A DNA stretch of 64,000 nucleotides from Azolla caroliniana (Eukaryota; Plantae; Polypodiophyta), in assembly GCA_043228905.1 (NCBI GenBank), contig JBHGNT010000015.1, positions 17,670,001 to 17,734,000 on the forward strand, written 5' to 3'. The translations under genes were made by a program, and so were the position numbers. The notes under the pieces are model-generated. The model was not told the origin of the DNA. It saw only the letters and a program-made list of their open reading frames with translations, and ran no database searches. The first letter of the stretch is position 1; every line of letters starts with the position of its first letter. Positions 58,940 to 64,000 of this stretch are shown one piece after another.

Positions 58940-61900
58940 TGTAAGCTTAAGATAAGGATAAAGAAATGAAACATAGAAAGGAGAAAGAGAAAGAAGGGTG
59001 CTGATCCACCCGACCACCCCCGAGCGAAGGGATCGAGACGGACTCGAGCCTCGATTCGGCGTCCCATACCACCGCCGTGGCGTCGAATCGTACCTGGTGC
59101 TGGCGCGCTCGCTACAAGAGTTGACCCACCACAAGAGCAGAGTCTCGATGTAGTCAAAAGATGATCAAATGAGGGTAGCTAGGCCTCTTATTTATAGCGA
59201 TACCCAAGGCCCCCAGGCAAGTTCACACTTGACCTAATGGGTTGTCTCAATCCCGAGGATTAAAAGTAATCCTCCCCTTCTTTACACTCTCATTTAAACC
59301 TCACACTTATCCACGTGTATAGATTACTACGGTAAATTCTTACCACGGGATATTATATGGTCATGCTCGTAACATACTCCCCCTCTTTAAAACATTGCAC
59401 TCTTGCAATGGAAAGTTAGGGAAGTTAGTTCTAAGAGTATTTTCGCGTTCCCATGTGGCATCTTTTATTGATTTATCCATCCATTTTATTTTAAATTCTC
59501 GGATTTCTTTAGTACGTAATTTTTTTGTTTTAACATCGAGAATTCTTTCTGGTACATGTGGTTTAGAAGATAATTCTTCAGAAGTAACCAGAGTTTCAGT
59601 CGTAACTGTATTGTCGCCAGAACCTAGAAGTTCTTTTAGACGACTCACATGAAAGACTGGATGAATTCCGACACCATCGGGAAGAGCGAGACGATAGGCT
59701 GATGACCCAATTCGTTTGAGGACTGTAAAAGGTCCACAAAACCGTGGGGCTAACTTAGCGCACTTACCCGTAGACAATGTCTTAGAATTGTGAGGTACAC
59801 GTAAAAATACCTTCTATCTAGGGTTGAATACACGAGGTTGCCTATGATGATCGGCATAAAAACGCGCTCTATCTTGAGCTGGTTTTATATTATCTCGTGC
59901 AATATGCAACATATCTTGCATATCCCGAAGAAAGTTTTGCGTACTTCGCAACTCATCATGATGTATAGTAACATCAATCGGGGCTCGTGGCTGAAAACCA
60001 TACATCAACATAAAAGGACTATATCCCGTCGACGTATGCCTTGGAGCTGTTATAAGCAAACTCCAAAATTGGGAGATAAAGTTCCCATTTTGTTGGTTTT
60101 GCACCAACGTATGCTCCAAGCATGTCCTCAATAATTTGATTTACTCGTTCTATCTATCCATCGGATTGAGGATGATCCGTGGAGCTCATGCTCAACGTAG
60201 TTTCTAACTTCTTAAAGACTTGTGTCCAGAAGTCACTAGTAAACTTTGGATCTCGATCACTCACGATATCCATCGGTAACCCATAAAAACGAAACAATTC
60301 GTCAACGAATTGGTAAGCCAATTCAGGAGCTGTTACCGTGGTTTTAGTAGCAATAAATCTAGCCATTTTAGTTAGTCGATCAACGACAACCCAGATGGCA
60401 TCATGACCTTTTTGGGTGCGAGGAAGGCTAACAATAAAATCCATGGATATACTTTCCCACTTATTATTGGGAATGTTCAAGGGATGTAAAAGTCCTGCGG
60501 CTTTAAGTCGCTCGGCTTTGTTAACCTGACACTGGTGACATTTAGTCACATAGCTATGTATGTCAGGACGCATCTTAGGCCAATAAAATTGAGTGGAGAT
60601 GAGAACGAGTGTACGATGTATTCCAGGGTGCCCTGCTGAGGGTGCATCATGGCATTAAAAAAGAATCCTCTTTTTGAACTCGGGTAAATCTGGAACACAA
60701 ACCTTCCCATTATGGTAGAGCAAACCGTTAGCAATGTGGAAGTATTCCTTCGAGGATGTGGTGGTGTCTGTTCCAGACTCAACTCTTGCCCAGTATTTTG
60801 CGCAATAACTGTCATCAGGATACTTTCCTCGAAGGTGATCATAAAGATCTGATGATATTTCAGTGAAGCTAACCATGTTAACTTCACGGATGCGACTTAG
60901 TGCATCAGCGACAGTGTTCATGGCACCTTTACGATATCGTATGGAAAAATCAAAGTCCTGGATGAGATCAGCCCATCGTGCCTTACGAACTTTCAGGTCT
61001 TGTTGGTCACAAAAATATTTCAAGGACTCGTGGTCCGTAGTTACCACAAAGTGATTTCCATAAAGATAATGACGCCATGTTTTGAGCGCATGTATAACTG
61101 CAAATAATTCCTTTTCTTGAACGGTATACCGACATTGAGCAGAATCAAGTTTCTTACTCTCGAATGCTATTGGTTTACCATCTTGGTACAAGACAACACC
61201 TATAGCATAATCGCTTGCATCGGTTTCAACCTCAAAAGGTTTTGAAGGATCGGGTAAAAGAAGTGAAGGAGCCTTGCAAACCAGGTCCTTGAGTTCCTTA
61301 AAGGCAAGGTCTAGTGTAGCATTCCACACAATAGGTGTTGTAGATTTACGCGTTTGACCTTTTAAAAGATCAGTAAATGGCGTCGTCAATTGGGAGTAAT
61401 TACGAAGAGACTTTCGCAAAAACCCCACAAAACCAAGGAATGATCGAACTTCTCGAATATTCCGAAGAGTGGGCCAAAGCTTGATTTTCTCAATGCGAGA
61501 AGGATCAATTTCAACTCCTCGTTCGGTTATGAGATGTCCTAGATAAGTAATTGATTTCTTGAAGAACTCACATTTTGAGATCTTCGCATAAAACTGTTTG
61601 TCACGCAATGTTTGTAAAACAAAGCGGACATGTCTAGCATGTTCTTGTAATGTACGACTATAAACTAAAATATCATCCAAGAAAATAACGACAAATTTTC
61701 CAAGTTGTTCTCGGAAAATGTCATTCATTTCTTGTTGAAAAGTAGCCGGAGCATTGGTCAAACCAAAAGACATAACCAAAAACTCGTAATGGCCATAGCG
61801 CGTACGAAATGCCGTTTTAGGAACATCATCCTCACTTATTCGTATTTGATGGTAGCCAGTACGGAGATCAAGTTTCGTAAAATACCGAGCTCCCTGGAGA

Positions 61901-64000
61901 CGGTCAATTAGATCGTCAGCCTGGGGCAATGGATACGAATTCTTGATCGTCACTTTATTCAAGCGTCGGTAATTAATACACATACGCCATGTGCCCTCTT
62001 TCTTTTTAACCAAGAGAACTGGTGCACCCCATGGAGATTTACTATAACGTATATAACCCATTTGTAAATAGTCCTTGAGTTGCTTAGATACCTCATCTTC
62101 TTCGGATCGACTTAAGCGATACGGAGGTATACTTATTGGTGCAACACCAGGTACAATATCTATACGATGGTCTATATTACGTTTAGGAGGTAACCCATCA
62201 GGTAGTTCACTTGGAAAAACATCATGAAAATCATTTAAGATTTCATCAAGTTGTTGTTGTTCAAAATATGTTAATTGAATCGGGACATTATCGATATTGT
62301 AAACGTGAATGTCCAGATCTAGTACACAATAAAATAACGTAGAACAAGACAACTCGGATATTGATGGACACGAGGAAACAATCGAGAGGGATTGTTTTTT
62401 TACACATTGAATAAAATGCGTACAATCGTTTAGTACAACGGAAATGGAATGACGAACCCAATCAATAAATAAAGAAGAGTTTTTATTATAAAACCAGGGA
62501 TAACCCAGTATTACATCGGTGGTACAAAGATTCATTACATGGAAGTCTACTTCCTCTATATAAGTATCAATAGAAATTCCTAATGAATGAATCGCCCCGT
62601 TGATGTATTGTACTCTTCCATCAGCCAAGTGCACCGTGTAGGTGTGATCACTTACGGTGGGTTGGATTCCCCATATCTGAACCAAACGATCATTCACAAA
62701 ATTGTGTGAGCTTCCCGAATCAAATAAAAATTGTACAGGAGATCCATTGATATACCCGTTTGCACGTAGTAAATCATTGGGACCCAATACATAGTGAGGG
62801 AAAGAACATTGACAATTACTTAAATGATGTGTATAGACCTGAAGGACATTAGGAATCTGACCTTTATGGTCTGCAGCTTTAGCTTTGTTGTTGTGCTCTT
62901 TCCGTTGGAGCTTTCGACATTGATGTTTTGTATGACCCTTCTTTTTGCAGAATACGCAAAAAGGATGTTGTCGCTTACAATCGCGATCCAGGAATTCGTT
63001 GGGTGTCTTGCGTTTCCCAACAAATTGCAACTGCTTAGTCCTGGGCACTTCGTTGGGTTTGTTATGGTCCTTCTTCGAAGTGCGTTGATAGCGAAGAACT
63101 ATTTCAACGGCCTCTTCGAAGGATTTTGGATCCTTATCGTGCACTATCCAGTGATAGTCCGAATTGGGGATGCTATTGACAAAACAAGCTATCAACCAAT
63201 TGTCCCCTTCTAGACCCGATTTTTGGATTTGGGTTCTAGCATGGTGAACATAGTCTTCTAGGGAGGAAAATTTCCTGCTAGAGAGGTTCATTAAAGCTTG
63301 TGCTGCCTCGGTTCGAGAGGGAGGTTGCAGAAATTGGCCCTTAAAAACCGTGACAAAATCTGTCCAGGTATCGGGCAATTTCCCCATAGTACGGAGGCCA
63401 CGCCACCAGGCAGTGGCCTTACCCCCGAGTTCTCGGCCGACATATGCAATCTTCGTACTATCTGGCGTGGGATAGAGCTCAAAATGAGACTCCCATCGTC
63501 CCAGCCATGTGCAGATTGCTTCTTCGGTTCTTTCCTTTTTGTCTCCCGTAAATGGCTTAACGACAAATGATGGTTCACCTTGTCTCTCATCAGGTCTATT
63601 AGTCTCACGTTGTAGACTAATGACACGTGCCTCAAGAGCACTCTGAGATTGCCGAAGTTCGGTCATCTGTTGAGTGGTGAAACTAAGGTATTGGGTTATT
63701 TGTGCCAAATACATCTCAGTGGACATTTGTGCAGGAGGATTCCCTTGAGTTCCTTCCGCTTGAGCGGATGACATCGGGTCGTTAATTTGATCCATTAAAA
63801 ATTATTTCTGGAAAAGAAATAGGATAAGGTCAGAGATATAGTCATAACATCATGTCGTGATGTAAACATATCATGGGCGAGCATTAATCGATATCATTAT
63901 CTCACGTCAATACCCCTCTAGACGTATGAGATGAGGTTCAAGATCAGGTTACTATGGTAACACAAAGGTGTTTTAAAAACCATGGGGGTGACAAATAAAT
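58940..64000 (-). mobile_element. Ty3/gypsy chromovirus. 3' LTR 58940-59374, gag-pol 63795-59361 with stops and frameshifts in integrase, 5' end outside the window
   Basis: [31 protein letters not shown], integrase, and chromodomain PERILDVK...KIKWMDKSIKDATWE. PPT AAAGAGGGGGAGTA next to the LTR. Confidence 0.93.
60655..63795 (-). CDS. Gag-PR-RT-RNase H polyprotein (1046 aa), ending at a premature stop at the start of integrase
   Basis: ORF track. The frame continues after the TAA as CHDAPSAGHPG. Confidence 0.85.
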   Translation of the reverse strand: MDQINDPMSSAQAEGTQGNPPAQMSTEMYLAQITQYLSFTTQQMTELRQSQSALEARVISLQRETNRPDERQGEPSFVVKPFTGDKKERTEEAICTWLGRWESHFELYPTPDSTKIAYVGRELGGKATAWWRGLRTMGKLPDTWTDFVTVFKGQFLQPPSRTEAAQALMNLSSRKFSSLEDYVHHARTQIQKSGLEGDNWLIACFVNSIPNSDYHWIVHDKDPKSFEEAVEIVLRYQRTSKKDHNKPNEVPRTKQLQFVGKRKTPNEFLDRDCKRQHPFCVFCKKKGHTKHQCRKLQRKEHNNKAKAADHKGQIPNVLQVYTHHLSNCQCSFPHYVLGPNDLLRANGYINGSPVQFLFDSGSSHNFVNDRLVQIWGIQPTVSDHTYTVHLADGRVQYINGAIHSLGISIDTYIEEVDFHVMNLCTTDVILGYPWFYNKNSSLFIDWVRHSISVVLNDCTHFIQCVKKQSLSIVSSCPSISELSCSTLFYCVLDLDIHVYNIDNVPIQLTYFEQQQLDEILNDFHDVFPSELPDGLPPKRNIDHRIDIVPGVAPISIPPYRLSRSEEDEVSKQLKDYLQMGYIRYSKSPWGAPVLLVKKKEGTWRMCINYRRLNKVTIKNSYPLPQADDLIDRLQGARYFTKLDLRTGYHQIRISEDDVPKTAFRTRYGHYEFLVMSFGLTNAPATFQQEMNDIFREQLGKFVVIFLDDILVYSRTLQEHARHVRFVLQTLRDKQFYAKISKCEFFKKSITYLGHLITERGVEIDPSRIEKIKLWPTLRNIREVRSFLGFVGFLRKSLRNYSQLTTPFTDLLKGQTRKSTTPIVWNATLDLAFKELKDLVCKAPSLLLPDPSKPFEVETDASDYAIGVVLYQDGKPIAFESKKLDSAQCRYTVQEKELFAVIHALKTWRHYLYGNHFVVTTDHESLKYFCDQQDLKVRKARWADLIQDFDFSIRYRKGAMNTVADALSRIREVNMVSFTEISSDLYDHLRGKYPDDSYCAKYWARVESGTDTTTSSKEYFHIANGLLYHNGKVCVPDLPEFKKRILF

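Overview
Eukaryotic plant nuclear DNA, probably from a fern or other non-seed plant. That origin is inferred from Tcn1-like self-priming chromoviruses and microsatellite-rich introns and is not proven. The first ~27 kb holds three host genes: a 14-exon CBL-interacting protein kinase (CIPK, +), a 5-exon L-galactose dehydrogenase (+), and a 2-exon gene for an unusual HIT-like/CCCH zinc-finger protein (-). From 28 kb to the end the window is a stack of nested LTR retrotransposons (Ty1/copia and Ty3/gypsy), up to four levels deep. I could resolve most LTRs, TSDs, PBSs and PPTs by eye, including one very young intact Copia. Most unusual signals: (1) a 147-bp fold-back element made of two U3 LTR ends, with its own 5-bp TSD, upstream of the GalDH gene; (2) a tRNA-Trp-primed gypsy family that inserts after ACG(T/A), has a 4-bp TSD, carries a tRNA-like Pol III A/B-box module in each LTR, and has a repeat-protein ORF before its PPT; (3) a Tf1-type self-priming PBS; (4) the HIT-CCCH gene. 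All alignments were done by eye, with no database searches.
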